Origin: Amphiscolops sp. MND2022
Lineage: Eukaryota
Assembly (NCBI GenBank): GCA_964187785.1
Contig: OZ076409.1
Coordinates: 67,148,001-67,212,000 of the forward strand
DNA length: 64,000 nt
Reading direction: 5' to 3'
Notes under the pieces: model-generated
The model's input: only the letters and a program-made list of their open reading frames with translations
What the model was told of the DNA's origin: nothing
The model's database searches: none
Made by a program: the position numbers and the translations under genes
Shown here: piece after piece, positions 1 to 12,380 of the stretch
Layout of the letters: the number at the start of each line of letters is the position of its first letter
Numbering within the stretch: the first letter of the stretch is position 1

Positions 1-67
1 TCGGGTTTCGGTATTCCCTTGTGTCTGGTCCACACGGTACCTGTAATATAAATTAAACATTTATTTT

Positions 68-3000
68 CTATCCCCAAAAGTTTCCGGTATATGTTATACT
101 ACCGTATCTATTCGGTATTTTGCTTTCTCGGTTAGTTCGTCTTATTTGTGTTTTTGGTTTCTCACCCGTTATTTCGCTGTCGGTATGTAATTGTAACGTG
201 TCTTCTTCTTCCGGATTCGTCCGTATTGGCACGTATCTCCCGTCTTTCTCGGATGTACCGTACACTATTGGTGTTCCGGCTTCCGGCATTTCTTCGTCGT
301 CATCGTCTTCTTCGGTATCGCTATCTGCCCGCTTTTTGTTCGGGACGATTTTCAGTTTGCCGTTCAGGATGTCCTTGAGAATTTCATCCCACCGGCTGTA
401 CTTCCCGTCCAGTCCGCGTATGCAGTGTCGGTTTTTTGGGTTTATTTCGCCGGTTGTGTGCAAGGCCGGCTCTTTTCTGATTTTTCTCTGGGTCTGAAAT
501 AATGGGTCCGAAATAAATTTTCGGTTATTTATTTTTCCGGTATCGGTTTTTATGGTACTCTCGGTTCCGCTTATGGCGGTTTGGATTTTATTTTGGAATT
601 TTCCTTTTAATGATTTTTTGTTGTAGTTTTTTTCAACAAAATGAAAGGGGTATCTAACCGAATTTTTCTTTTTCGGTGACTTTGGTCCGCCGGCGAGGTG
701 TTTTTCCTCTGTCTTCGTCCTCGCCATCACAATGTGATTTGTGATGTCTCCATCCGCATCACGGCCCACGTAGATTGGGATTTTTGGTTTGTTTGATGCT
801 GAAACAGATAGTTCTGACCAATCTGACAGGTATGATTTTCCGTCTTTAACAATATTTGTTAATTCGGTTCTCGGTTTTCTACCGTGATGTAGTTCGAATG
901 GTGTTAATTTTAGTCCGGTATGTATTGTAAATCGCATTACATGTAATGCTCGATTTACACTTTCGGTTAGGCTTGTGTTGTCTTCCATATTTGCTATAAT
1001 TAGATTCTTCAGTGTTTGTATTGCTCTTTCTACTGTTCCGTTTCCTGTATGTATTCGGGGGGTACAGTATTCGATTTCAATATTTCGGTTTTTGCAAAAT
1101 TCTCGGTATTCTTTGGAAACAAATGCTCCTCCTTTATCGGATTTAATTTTTTCGGGTATTCCGTATAAATTAAAGTTACTCGATAAAAAGTTTATGACTT
1201 CTTTTGGTTCCGCTGACTTGCAGATTTTTACGGTTGGCCATTTACTAAGTCTGTCTATCGCTATTAGTATTTGTACATCCCCGTTTATCTTTTTATTGTG
1301 TAATTTTCCGGTAAAATCGATTTGTATTTCTTGGCCGGGTTCGGTTAATTTTTCTAATTTTCCGTAGTGTTTTTTCGGTAATTGATAATTAAGGTTTTTA
1401 CCTGATGCGAGGCAAGCAGTGCAGTCTTTCACTTTATTCCTGATGTCCTGCTTCATTCCTGGCCACCAGAGTATTTTGCCTTCTGCGTTCATTTTTGTTA
1501 TTCCGGAGTGACCGAAGTGGATGATATCTAGTTTTCGTCTAAGGTCGATTGGCACGACAATTTGGTCGTCTACGAAGACCAGTCCCCATCTTATTGACAG
1601 TTTGTCGAATACTGTCCGGTAGCCATCCGGAATTGTTTCCCGGTCTTCCCTCCTCATGCTGTTTCTGACGCGGGTTAGTTCCGGGTCGATGGCTGTTTTG
1701 GCGATGAGTGTCTTCAAGTCCATCATGAACTCGAATTCCGCCTTCTTTATATGTTCTTCCGTGATTTTCTTGTTGCCGGTCAGTTTCCCCACAATGTGGT
1801 TAATTTGGATGTATTTCGCTTCCTTTCTATCCGTGTTGTATTTGCTGAGGTCTACTATAGGTAGATTGTCGCCCCGCATTATGATACTGTCTTCTTCGGT
1901 CTCGGCGTTTTCAATTTCCAGTTCACCTTCTTCCCGTAATTCTTCCGGTTCGTCTTGTTTTTCGGTCATGGGTTGGTACCCGCCTCCCAGTCGGTTCGCT
2001 CTTCTCATTATCTCCGCATCGATTTCAGCAATCTCCTTTCTACTCCTTTTGTTAGGTCTTGATGGGGCGAATACTGTCCGTTGTGTATATTGGTCGTACC
2101 GGCGTCGTAGTGTTCCTGGCCGGGATAGTTGATTTCTTTGTTCGATTAGTCGGCGTGTCTCTGGGCTGTTGTTCCTTCTGCGGATAATCTCCATAATTTT
2201 CCGTGTGGCGCCCCAGTGATAGAAGTTTTCACGATCCATTTCGGTAATTTCCGTATTTAATTTTCTGCTCTTTTGAATTTGATTTAAACTTTCAGCTTCT
2301 TTCGTTCTCTCTAGCGTGCTAATTTCGGACTGCCCGGATGTGGTTTTCTTATTTCGTTGGTGTTTGTTCACGTTGTTTTCGTTCTCGAATGTTCTATTCT
2401 TCTGTGATTGGTTCGCGCGATTCTCATTTTGTTCTTCGGATGTGTTCTTCTTTGTCTCGGTTATTGCTTTCTCGCTTTTTGATTGGTCGGCGAATATTGG
2501 TCCGTATTTTATGTTCAGTTTTGCTTGTTCGGATAGTATGTTGATGACGTATTCCTCGTCGTAACTTTCCTCCGGTGTGGCTCCCCCTACCGGATTTCTA
2601 CTAAGGTAATCGGTGAATTTCAAGTTATTTCCTGCGATATGTTGTATCGATATATCAAAATGAGTTAAGCGGTCTAACCATCTTGTTAATCGCGCACTAT
2701 ATTGTTTATTGCTCCGGTTTCTTTTAAATAATGGTTCTAGTGCTTGATGATCGGTATAAAGGTGTACCTTTTTTCCGTATAAATAAAATCGGAATTTCTC
2801 GAGTCCCCACACTACTGCTAGTAGTTCTAGTTCACCGATAGAATATTTCTTTTCGGTATCGTTCAAGTATCTGCTTCCGAATGCTATCGGTTTTGTGTTT
2901 CCGTCGTCTTGCTTTTGCCACAGTGTTATTCCCAGTCCGGTAGTGCTGGCGTCCGTTGTTACTATGTTCTCTTTATCTTTTGCGTAGTGTGCTAAGCATG

Positions 3001-3763
3001 GGCCTTCGGTTAACATTTGTTTTATTTTTCCGAAGTCTTTCTGTTGTTCTTCTGCCCATTTCCATGGTTCGTTCTTTTTCAGTAGTTTCCGCAACCGGTC
3101 GGTTTGTTCCGAAAGTTTCGGTAGAAATTTAGCCATATATTGTATTGCTCCGAGAAATGACTTTAGTTCTTTTGTGTTTTCCGGTGGTTTCAATTTCAGT
3201 ATTGCTTCTACTTTTTCTTCGTTCGGTTTGATTCCGTTCTCATCGATTTCGTGTCCCAACCATTTTATCCGGTTCATAAAGAATTCTGATTTCTTTTTAC
3301 TTGCTCGGTAACCGGCTTTTCCCAGTTTATTTAGGACGTCGAATAGTTTCTTCTCGTGGTCTTGTCTGCTTCCCCGTGTTACCACAATTATATCGTCCAA
3401 CCATGCCGGTGTGCAGTATTCAAGTGTTCGGTCAATTTTTTCTTGGAATATTGTGGGTATGTTGGCAAGTCCGTAAAACCCTTTTTTGAACCGGTTATAT
3501 TCGCTGAATTTTCCTCCGGTTAGTGCAAATACGCAGTGTCGGCTTGTTTCTTCTGATAGTCTCATTTGACCGTATGCGTAATCCAAGTCTATTTTGGATA
3601 TGAAAAGTTTTACTGTTCTGTCGCGTGTTATTTCCACCGATATTTGGTTCAGTAATTCTTCCATATTTGGCATATGGGGTCTCATTTTAATGCAACTGTC
3701 GTTCAATTTCCTCGAATCTAGCGCTATTTTCACCGACTTGTCGCTTTTTACTGTTATTACCAC
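68..3763 (-). CDS. pol: Gypsy pol (RT, RNase H, integrase), 1231-aa open segment
   Basis: RT motifs KIDLDYAY, FYGLANIP, WLDD; RNase H TDAS...ELELLA...YTDH; integrase HFGH...CTAC and DDE (QIDF, KSDKG, VERA). Confidence 0.95.
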   Translation of the reverse strand: MVITVKSDKSVKIALDSRKLNDSCIKMRPHMPNMEELLNQISVEITRDRTVKLFISKIDLDYAYGQMRLSEETSRHCVFALTGGKFSEYNRFKKGFYGLANIPTIFQEKIDRTLEYCTPAWLDDIIVVTRGSRQDHEKKLFDVLNKLGKAGYRASKKKSEFFMNRIKWLGHEIDENGIKPNEEKVEAILKLKPPENTKELKSFLGAIQYMAKFLPKLSEQTDRLRKLLKKNEPWKWAEEQQKDFGKIKQMLTEGPCLAHYAKDKENIVTTDASTTGLGITLWQKQDDGNTKPIAFGSRYLNDTEKKYSIGELELLAVVWGLEKFRFYLYGKKVHLYTDHQALEPLFKRNRSNKQYSARLTRWLDRLTHFDISIQHIAGNNLKFTDYLSRNPVGGATPEESYDEEYVINILSEQAKLNIKYGPIFADQSKSEKAITETKKNTSEEQNENRANQSQKNRTFENENNVNKHQRNKKTTSGQSEISTLERTKEAESLNQIQKSRKLNTEITEMDRENFYHWGATRKIMEIIRRRNNSPETRRLIEQRNQLSRPGTLRRRYDQYTQRTVFAPSRPNKRSRKEIAEIDAEIMRRANRLGGGYQPMTEKQDEPEELREEGELEIENAETEEDSIIMRGDNLPIVDLSKYNTDRKEAKYIQINHIVGKLTGNKKITEEHIKKAEFEFMMDLKTLIAKTAIDPELTRVRNSMRREDRETIPDGYRTVFDKLSIRWGLVFVDDQIVVPIDLRRKLDIIHFGHSGITKMNAEGKILWWPGMKQDIRNKVKDCTACLASGKNLNYQLPKKHYGKLEKLTEPGQEIQIDFTGKLHNKKINGDVQILIAIDRLSKWPTVKICKSAEPKEVINFLSSNFNLYGIPEKIKSDKGGAFVSKEYREFCKNRNIEIEYCTPRIHTGNGTVERAIQTLKNLIIANMEDNTSLTESVNRALHVMRFTIHTGLKLTPFELHHGRKPRTELTNIVKDGKSYLSDWSELSVSASNKPKIPIYVGRDADGDITNHIVMARTKTEEKHLAGGPKSPKKKNSVRYPFHFVEKNYNKKSLKGKFQNKIQTAISGTESTIKTDTGKINNRKFISDPLFQTQRKIRKEPALHTTGEINPKNRHCIRGLDGKYSRWDEILKDILNGKLKIVPNKKRADSDTEEDDDDEEMPEAGTPIVYGTSEKDGRYVPIRTNPEEEDTLQLHTDSEITGEKPKTQIRRTNRESKIPNRYGSITYTGNFWG

Positions 3764-3835
3764 CGGTGATACAAAACAGTCTTCATCTACATCGTTTATT
3801 TTTTTCTAAGTGTCCGGATTTATTAGTTTTTCTTA

Positions 3836-4290
3836 TTACCGTCCGACATCTTCTTGAAGGTGTAGTGGTATCGGTCTTGCTTTTTGTTTAACCGGATAGT
3901 GTCCTGGTTTTAATTGAATGTTTATCTCGGTGTCTTTTATCGTTTCGTTGTTCTCAAATAGGTCCGGAAATTTATTGAATACTTTCTCGCGTTCTGATTG
4001 GTTGTTTTCGGCTAATTGAATTTTGCTAATTGTTAGTTTGAATTTCTTCATCCAATCCATCCCCAGTAATGGTGTTATGTCTGTTCTTTCGGTTATCAAG
4101 ATTTCCATTTTCTGTTTTCGTGTTCGACGTTTACCGGAATTTTCCCCCGGAATTTTACTTCGTTTTTGTTTACATCTCGATACCGATTTGTTATTTTCTG
4201 TATTTCGGTTGATTTCGTTATTCTTTCGTCCGGTGGCATTAATGATATTGGTGATCCGGTATCAATTAAAATTCTTTCGGTATTCCGTTG
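3836..4290 (-). pseudogene. Gypsy aspartic protease region (frameshifted)
   Basis: Minus-strand translation near 4245-4275 gives FLIDTGSPIS; LLGMDW motif in ORF 3836-4108. Confidence 0.8.
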
Positions 4291-4439
4291 AACTTCAGTG
4301 TTGTGGTGAAGTGTTTGTTTGTTTCGTCTATTTTCTTTATTTCTTTTTTGTGATGTATGCTGTCTTCGGATTCACTTGACGGTTCGTCCGATTCGTTTGG
4401 TTCATTTTCGGTTAGTCTTTTCACCGTTCGGTTGTTGTT

Positions 4440-5257
4440 CATTTTCGGTCTGCATACTTTTGCGTAATGTCCTTTCTTACCGCATTTGTTACAGTTGGCG
4501 TCTAGTGCGGGACATTATGTAATGGAGTCCAATTAGGTGCATTACAGAATCTGCATGTTCGGTTTCCGAAATTTCTGTTTTTCGGTCTTGCGCCGAATTT
4601 TTCCATTCTCTGGATTGGTTCTTCCTTTATTATTTGCTTCTCTTTTGTTGATATCAAGGCTTCCGGTATTGTGTTCTTTTTGTTTTCTTCTCGTACGTGT
4701 TTTGCTTGATCAGTTCAATTATCTTCTTCAGTTCTAATGTTTTTTCTTTCATTATTTTGTCCCGTAATTTTTTGTCGGTGATTGCTGTCATATATTTTGG
4801 TATCAACAATTCTTCTGCTGAAATAGTGTTAAAGTTACATTCTTTTTCGATTTCGATTAGTCGTCTCCAGAAGTCTTCCGGTGTTTCCTCTTCTGTTTGT
4901 TTCGCCCAGAAGAAATCTCCGCGATTATGGTATGTATTTCTTTTTGGCATGTAGAATTCGGTGAATAACCGGATTAAATCTTTCACTTTTATGCTGTCGG
5001 GTTCCGTTTTATATTCGGCCCTGGTTATCTGATATAGTGCTTCCGGTCCCACTCCCCACAAGAAATCTTCTTGGGTTGCTTGTTCTTTTGCGGACCATAC
5101 GGAATCTGTCATGTTTTCTCCTTTCACTAGTGGTGTGATATCCATCTTGTGTTCCCGTTTGCAAAACTGCCGGAATCTAGCCACTGTCTCGGTGTAAATA
5201 CCGGATTTCCGTCTGTGGCTTTTGCTTCGAGATTTGGGACTGTATTTTCTCTGCCAT
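4440..5257 (-). pseudogene. gag: Gypsy gag (frameshifted) with CCHC zinc knuckle
   Basis: ORF 4654-5184 has gag-like FFWAKQTEEETPEDFWRRL; CNKCGKKGHYAKVC readable on minus strand near 4450-4500. Confidence 0.8.
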
Positions 5258-5294
5258 TTCGTTTTCTATGTTAAGAAATTTGTTTCGGTTTAAA

Positions 5295-5312
5295 AATTGG
5301 CTGACTGCGCCA
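5295..5312 (-). promoter_or_regulatory. Primer-binding site TGGCGCAGTCAGCC, probably tRNA-Ser type
   Basis: TGG-starting sequence immediately internal to the LTR end; TGGCGCAGTC matches the tRNA-Ser-type PBS of 17.6/297-type gypsy elements. Confidence 0.75.
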
Positions 5313-5534
5313 TGTTGTATTCTCTAGATCTAAGTTAAGATGGAAAAGAATAAAAGTTATATCACTAGTTTCGACTGTTCTATATCAAATCAAATTGTAC
5401 ATATGTATCAAATGTAATTTAATGTAGATTGAGTTTGTTAGTAAACAACTCTAGTATCTAGACTAGATAGTTTGTAGACCGAATCTCGGTAGAGGTTAAA
5501 TGGTAGTCTGAACCGGTTTGAACCGAATCTAACA
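5313..5534 (-). repeat. 5' LTR of the Gypsy element (~222 bp)
   Basis: TGTT...AACA termini (5313 and 5531-5534) abutting the PBS; outer boundary unconfirmed because the second LTR is outside the window. Confidence 0.65.
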
Positions 5535-5968
5535 TGTTTAGTAGCTAATTGTTTTCGTTGAATTCTGTGGATATTCACACTCACGAAAACATTTTGTAGA
5601 AAACAAAATTGTAGAAAAATTGCATAGAACAGTCAACAATTTGAAAAAAAAAATTTGCTCTCATCAAGACATTTGGGAGCACGCTTCTCAGAAAAGTTCG
5701 AATATCTCCAAATACATTTGCTATGTACCCAATTTAGTGTCATTGAATTTTGCGGAAGCACCTTTGATGTAACTAAAAATAAGGGCGGAATATAAATTTG
5801 ATTTCAACAGCATAACCCCAGTACTTGAACGGAAACATTTCACAATAATGGACAACAACGCATTGTAGCCTTCTACGTATTTCCTTCAAGAGAACATACA
5901 TTTGATACGCAATTCCATTGAAGTACCACTTATTGCAGTCCTGGCAAACAGAAATTAACAGTGAGTAC

Positions 5969-6328
5969 CTTTGTTTGTAGCCATCGTATCTGGTTGGAGC
6001 ATTCGCCTCAATGAAGGGAGTCGTAGGAGCCGAGGGCGGCATTAATGGCACAAAACCGGCAGCGGGTGCGGGGGTGAGGAAGGCAGAAGGGGGTGGCCTG
6101 TGGGCAGGGGTGGGGATAGCACCCACGGGAGGGGGAGGCGGTTGAATGTAATGTGGGGGCTGTTGTTGGTTGTGCAGGTATTGCGTTGTCTGAGGAGGAC
6201 CCGGCCACGCCATCATACCCCCCGTGTTGCGAGGAGTGACACCCATAGCTGCTGCAGTTTGGGGACCCCGTCCACTCATACTACCCATGTAGTCCGGGGA
6301 GTAGCCTATCTCATTGGCATACTGGGCC
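5969..6328 (-). CDS. CAMSAP: CAMSAP/Patronin exon 8 (Pro/Gln-rich)
   Basis: Acceptor ttttcacgtag, donor AG|GTACTC; phase-2 join to the exon ending at 11992 gives Lys; low-complexity sequence, so assignment rests on phase and position. Confidence 0.7.
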
Positions 6329-9056
6329 CTACGTGAAAAGAAAATAGATGTAACTATCAACCAAACAATAAGAATACTTAAAAGTTCAAGCAAATGATTA
6401 GCTTAGTGCCGCATGTGGCGCAAAGGACAAAGACCAAATGTCGAAAGTTCAGTAACCCCAAATAGTTCAGCTTCAAAAGATTTTGAATTTTCTCCAAAAT
6501 CTTTAAAACCTATATGAATCTGAGGATACACAGTATACGAATATTTAAAAATTTTCAAGTACAAAATTGTGTCCACGAAATCTCGAAAGTGATGAATTAT
6601 TAGCATCAAACACCGCCATTACGACTATTGGGTTCCAGGATTTACGTAAAAATGATCCGAAAGTTAAATTTCCCGTGATTCAATGTCAAACGTGTATTAG
6701 GAAACGGATATCACTTTCATGAAAATGACTTGGTGAATTTAACTCCTTCCAGAAGAAATAAACAGAGACAATGCCAAGTATATGAATCAATTATTTGGTG
6801 ATGATGTTCCTCGGACGATTCAAAATGAGTACATAGAAACTAAATACAGTAGACTTCGCGTAATTGCACCAGGAACCGTAGTTTAGTGCGCGCCTCTGAA
6901 ATCGTATAATCGGCTTTCTTTAAGAATGCGCAGAAAAGCGCATAAGGTAACTTACGAAGGAGTTAGAAAAAAAAACTAAATTTTGGCTGACTTGATTAAC
7001 AACTAAATTAGGGGGAATTCCTCAACAGCCGAAAACGAAAAATTGGTCTCAAACCGCAAAATATTTGTTGCTGATTGGCTAAAATCTTAATGAATTCACT
7101 AAGTTGAAAAGGCGTCAGATTTTGTCGAAATTATTATTACAACGTAGTCAGCTATGTTCACATACAACTGGTGTCCCAATGGCAGGAACGAAGGGCTACT
7201 ACTAGTTCAGCGGCTGGTTTTGACGAAGGCCGACCTGGAGTGTATCAATAGTCACCCTAAATTAGTCTAGCAGGAATTCAGCATTTGGGTCGCACCGAAA
7301 CGAAGGACGTTCATTTTCAACTAGTAAAATTTGACAGGCTTTTGTTTCGGTGCGGTCTAAAGGCTACGATTTTATTGGGTCAGCAACAGATTTGTTTGTG
7401 CTGTGCCGAGTTTGATTGATATTCATCACTCCAAAAAAATTTTAAAAACTTAATTCCCATGAAGGGATCCACAGGAGACGGCAAGCACAGACTCTCTTTC
7501 AAGCAGAGATGCCGAGAAAATTTTTTTTAAAATTTTAAAAAATCGTATACTTCCATTATTTCAATCTTGTAATGTCTGATGATACTAGTGAAAATCGTTT
7601 CCAATTTTGACGAAAAGCATTTGTATATTCGTCGGAAAAACACTGAAATTTATGGCTTTGTAGTCTGCTCCCCTGCCGCCGTAGAAGAGTGTTCAGTTTT
7701 TCAATAAATTTTTAACCGACGACAGTCAGAATTTAAGCGGAGAGACAATTACAAAACCGATTTTTTGTACAAAAACGCGAGTTTCTTTTGTGAGAAAGGA
7801 CTAAAATACATTAATTGCATATCGCATAAACCACGAGACAAGTGTGCAATTATGCAGAGTTGAGTCCTGTGACAAAAGAATGGAACCCCTGGTTGGTAAT
7901 TAAATTTGGAAGGCCTAATGAGATTGCGAATTTCTCAAAAACAGTCAAACGTTCCAAAATATGTTAGAAACAAAAGTTTCTTGGATTGGTGTCTAGTTTA
8001 CAATCTTCTAATTTCGGAAGCCTTAACACTAATATGAGACAAGTTTGAAAATAAATTTTCTTACATAAATAGGAAAACTAATTTTCGGCTGAGCCGAAAG
8101 TTGCCGAAAACGCCCTTAGCCAGCCGAAAAGCGTCCTATTTGTAATACATATTCAGGCGTCAAATTGAGAACAAATATTTGCTATATGTATATAGTGATC
8201 ACTAGAGCTGCGCGCCAGCCGGCTGAGCCGCCGCCGCTGTTAACAATACCAGGCTATTATTAACCATTCCAAGAGCGATGGAAGCATCATTTGGAGTTAT
8301 TTTTTACTCACGATGTGTACCAAAAATTTCTCAATGAAATTCAAGCTGTTAAAACGGCGTAAGCAAATCCAACTGTCGCAGCCTAGAGCTTGCGTTGGAT
8401 CCGCAGTGCAGCATTGAGGGCAAAGGTCTCGCCCATCTTTAGGGAAACTATTCAAAACCTCACTACTTCATAAGACTCATTTTTTGTAAACTTATGCATA
8501 AGTTTTGAATACCAGCAATATTTGGATTTATTTGCTACTACTGTTAACCACACTTGCTAAATCATGTTCATTCATAAATAATTCATTAAATGTTGCATGA
8601 TGTTAACATATTTAACATATAATAGCACTTTGCATGAATTTCGGTGAAATGAATAAATTATGCGAGAACCCTGATAACTCCTAATGCATACAAACTTGAA
8701 CATTTGAACCAGAAGCCGTACAAAACTTGCAGCATATTACAGGATAATTCTACTCTTTATATATTTTTTGATCGTGATATTTGGCAGTATTACTCATCAT
8801 ATTGATCTTATTGAGTGTACAGTGCTATGTTGAAATCATCATTTGTATTAGTAATGAATCAAACTATCACAAGTAATCACAAGTTACTATTAACTTCGTA
8901 GACGATGAATAAGCTGGTATAGTTGATACGCTGTCTCTGACAGCCAATCGAAAGGCGAAGTGAAGTTAGTCATGTAAGAATCTATTTATAAGAATGACGT
9001 AATATGTAAACCTATTTTTATATTAGAAAGGGCGCTTATTCTAGTTTTTACGTAAC

Positions 9057-9875
9057 TGTGATATCAGCGTGACACCCCAAAAATTGATTGTCATGTTACT
9101 AAATTTACCCCAGGAACAAGGAGAGTTAAGAGCCCATAAAAAATTCAGTTCTCAGAAAACTTTCAAACCTACTTTTCACCGCTCGATCTTTGATCTAATT
9201 TCGATTATCTAACATTATGTACAATTTCTCCAACTTTATTTTGACCTGTTTTATTTCATTCCCCATTCTAATTGAAAATCTTCTCTCCAAAAACAACATT
9301 TTAACCTGACTAAGATGGGTAACAAAAGAAATAGAAGATCTAGACGAGCACAATCAGCCTCACTTGAGAGAGAGAGTTGAGCACATCCGAAATAGAAACA
9401 TCACAAGGTAATGAGACTATTATTGAAACTCTTGATTTTGAAAAAGTTAGTTCAGTTAAGGACGAAGAAACAGCATTAACTAGCGGTTCACAGAATGAAA
9501 ATGAAATGCAAATTTGGACCCAAAGAATATCTGATAAAACGAATAAAGAAGTAGCAGACATAAGGAAAGAAATGAATGAGAAGCTAGAGAAAATGCTGAA
9601 GGAGATGAAAAAGAACAGAACACAATCTGTACCTAGCAAAAAATATCAAGAGCAAAACACCCCACAAGCAGGAACTTCAAAAAATATAAACAACGGCGAC
9701 GATGAATTAAACGCATCTGATATCGAAAATCAAGAAAACAGAACACAGGATAGTCCTTTCAGGCCATCAAATAATGATGAACTCAAAACACTGATGCGAC
9801 CTTTAAACATCCAAAACATAGATTTAAATGACTCTGTGGTCATAAATGAGGACTGCACAGGTGAGGATTATCACA
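9057..9875 (+). mobile_element. Probable solo LTR (~820 bp) carrying an internal gag-like ORF
   Basis: 7-bp inverted termini TGTGATA...TATCACA; frameshifted ORF 9315/9377 runs to the CA end (...EDYH); flanks gtaac/ccaac match only 3/5. Confidence 0.5.
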
Positions 9876-10262
9876 CCAACTATTATAACTGTGGTAACTG
9901 GTAACTATAAAAACTTTTGCTTGCCTCATTTCAGTTGTGTTCATGCTAAAATGGCCACTGTTGTTCACAAAATTACAACCGCACTTGGAAAAATGGGGAT
10001 TTTCACTGACTTCGATAAATTTCGACTTTTTATTTCTGATGCGGCATCTTAAAATACTTCTACTGGGAAATCGCTCAAAGTGACCTTTCCAAAAATGCTA
10101 CATATACCTTGTTTTACACATATGTTATCACGAGTTTGTGTCAAAATTGCTGACTACAACACGGCAGTGAACGATCTTGTCAAAAATGTAAAAAAAAGTA
10201 TTTGAAAAATGCCACCAACGTCGCGAAGAAAGGAAAAATTTCAAGGTGAAAAAAGAGCCTTA

Positions 10263-10830
10263 CTAATCCCCCGTTCCAACTCGCTTTAGCACTTGGTTAA
10301 ACGCGGTTGTGTTTTTGTGTGCTCGATGCAAGGAGTTGTTACAGTTTTTGAAACCCATATCAGAACAGGAACGCAAAGCATCTGTCAAAGCGGCAAAATT
10401 ACTCGACGACAAGGATTTGATCAAAGCCATAGGCTTTATTGCAGCCCTTGGGTTCTTAGATCTTTTGAAAAAATCCGAAAGCGCAGATTTCACTGTTGTT
10501 AAAGCATCAAGAATGGTTGACGATATTGTTGCTTCTTTGGTGGATTTATCAACTAAACTAGATTTATCAACAAAAATCTGCAACTGCGTTTCCCATCGAA
10601 TAGTTAAATAGTTTTTCAAAACAACGCAGTTTTTGGTTTGGCAGCACAGAAAGCCGCAGGCGAAAATCGTAAAGGACCGAAAAAATTGGAATATTTTCCT
10701 TTGGCCCTTCAACTTCTGTGGATGTGGAAAGACTGTTTTCCGTGCTACAGGCGTTCTCGTTCTTAATTGATCGTCCAAACATCCTCCAGGCAACTGTAAA
10801 TGGGCTTATTTTCATTAGGTATAATTCTAC
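10263..10830 (+). pseudogene. Degenerate hAT-like transposase C-terminal fragment
   Basis: PVPTRFSTWLNAV (hAT TRW-like block) and DVERLFS (hAT dimerisation motif) in different frames. Confidence 0.6.
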
Positions 10831-11991
10831 TTTGGAAGATATTTGGGCTATTTTCTTGCCAAAAATGCAGTTTTGCCGCCGAAAATTAATTTTTTTTATA
10901 CATAAAGGTCTAAATTGAGAACGGAAGCTAGTCTTCATTAACTTTTTTATATTGTTCAAGGTGCCCATTCACTAATTACACGCGAAAATTTTCAGTACCC
11001 TAGAGTTAGTGTACATATAAATCAAACAAATCTATAGGTCCTAAATCTATACCCAATCTTAATACATGTACTGGAATTAATTCAGTGAAGATTATCGATT
11101 TTCTTTGGACATGTGAATGCTAAGTGCCTTAAAGTAAGTCTGACAGTGCAATCAGTGGACAGCGATGAACTGGTTGATAAACAGAAACTAATCAAAAATG
11201 TTTGTAAATTAGACAAAATATTAAAACTTGGTGTACAAATGAATATTAGAGGCATTGGAAACTAATTTCCTCAATATTTGTCATAGAATTTTCAACAAAC
11301 ACGAATGTAAACTTAATTTAATTTCGAGAATGCATTTCTCTTGAATATCAATAGTTTCAGAGATATCGGCAGAAAATTAGGTGTTCCCAACATTATTATC
11401 AATTAGGGGTTTCATTAATTTATCACAGGACTGTAAATCAGTTACATGTAATAGACAACACGGAACTTGAAAATTGCGTGCAATTAGACGGAGTCTACCG
11501 TAGACCGAGTAGATTTTCAACCAATTAATGTCAGGGGTTCACAACTCAAAAGGTGAAATGAAAGGACTAATGAAAACGGAGATACTAATTTCAGACAGTT
11601 CCGAGGAACTACTTATAAATAATAAGTCATCAGAATGACCGAAGCTTCCCAATGTAACAACCCAAATTGCATCCGGTGTTTTTATTGAAGAGGGACGATA
11701 GCTTCAATCAGCAACGATAACTAGCGTTGGGATGTTCATGTAAGGAATGGTCATGAAATTTCTAAGCGCCTCATATACAAATATCAAATTTATGCTCGTT
11801 TGAATTTTGAGATTGTTACAGAAACTTGTCGGGAACGAAACCTGGCTTAAATGTGCATACTTGTGACATTTTTACTCAAGTTTTTCGCTTGAGAATTATA
11901 AAATACGAATTCAAAAACGTCACTGCCACAGCAACCATGAATTTGATGCAGCCTTGACCGTGGGGGAGAGAACAATATAGGAAGGACGCAC

Positions 11992-12258
11992 TTGAGCATT
12001 TTCAACTGTTGTGCCAAATTGATGTTCTGTTCAATCAGAATCTGCTTTTCCATTTTTTCCTGATCCGACCTCTGATGCTGTAGCAGGGGCGACTCGTGTG
12101 AGGACATGTGAGACGGGTATTTTCCACGGTGGTCTAACGACATGAGGTCATACGTGCTCCCAGACTTATGTGCCTCAGGTCTCCCAAAACTGCGGAAACT
12201 GCGGTTGCCCCTGTTCAGACCAGGCGCGTCAAGAGGAGAAACCAACCCTGATTTCGTC
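11992..12258 (-). CDS. CAMSAP: CAMSAP/Patronin exon 7
   Basis: Acceptor tttcgtttcag, donor AA|GTGCGT; phase-2 join from exon 6 gives Trp; ends in coiled-coil-like QILIEQNINLAQQLKMLK. Confidence 0.75.
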
Positions 12259-12380
12259 CTGAAACGAAAATTGCATCTTCATATATCATTTTTATTCAGC
12301 AGACACGCACTCGGCAGTTTTGGATAATCTTCAAAAATACGAGTAGTGTAAGACCTGCAACATATTCGATCCAATAGATT

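Larger units (their letters stand above)
1..5534 (-). mobile_element. Ty3/Gypsy LTR retrotransposon (5' LTR, PBS, gag, pro, pol); disrupted copy, 3' LTR outside window
   Basis: Minus-strand order LTR-PBS-gag(CCHC)-protease-RT-RNaseH-integrase; stops/frameshifts between pro and RT (TAATAA at ~3833-3838) and within gag. Confidence 0.95.

Noticed and set aside
120..4954. Plus-strand ORFs over the Gypsy element
   Set aside because: Antisense shadows of gag-pol with no independent motifs
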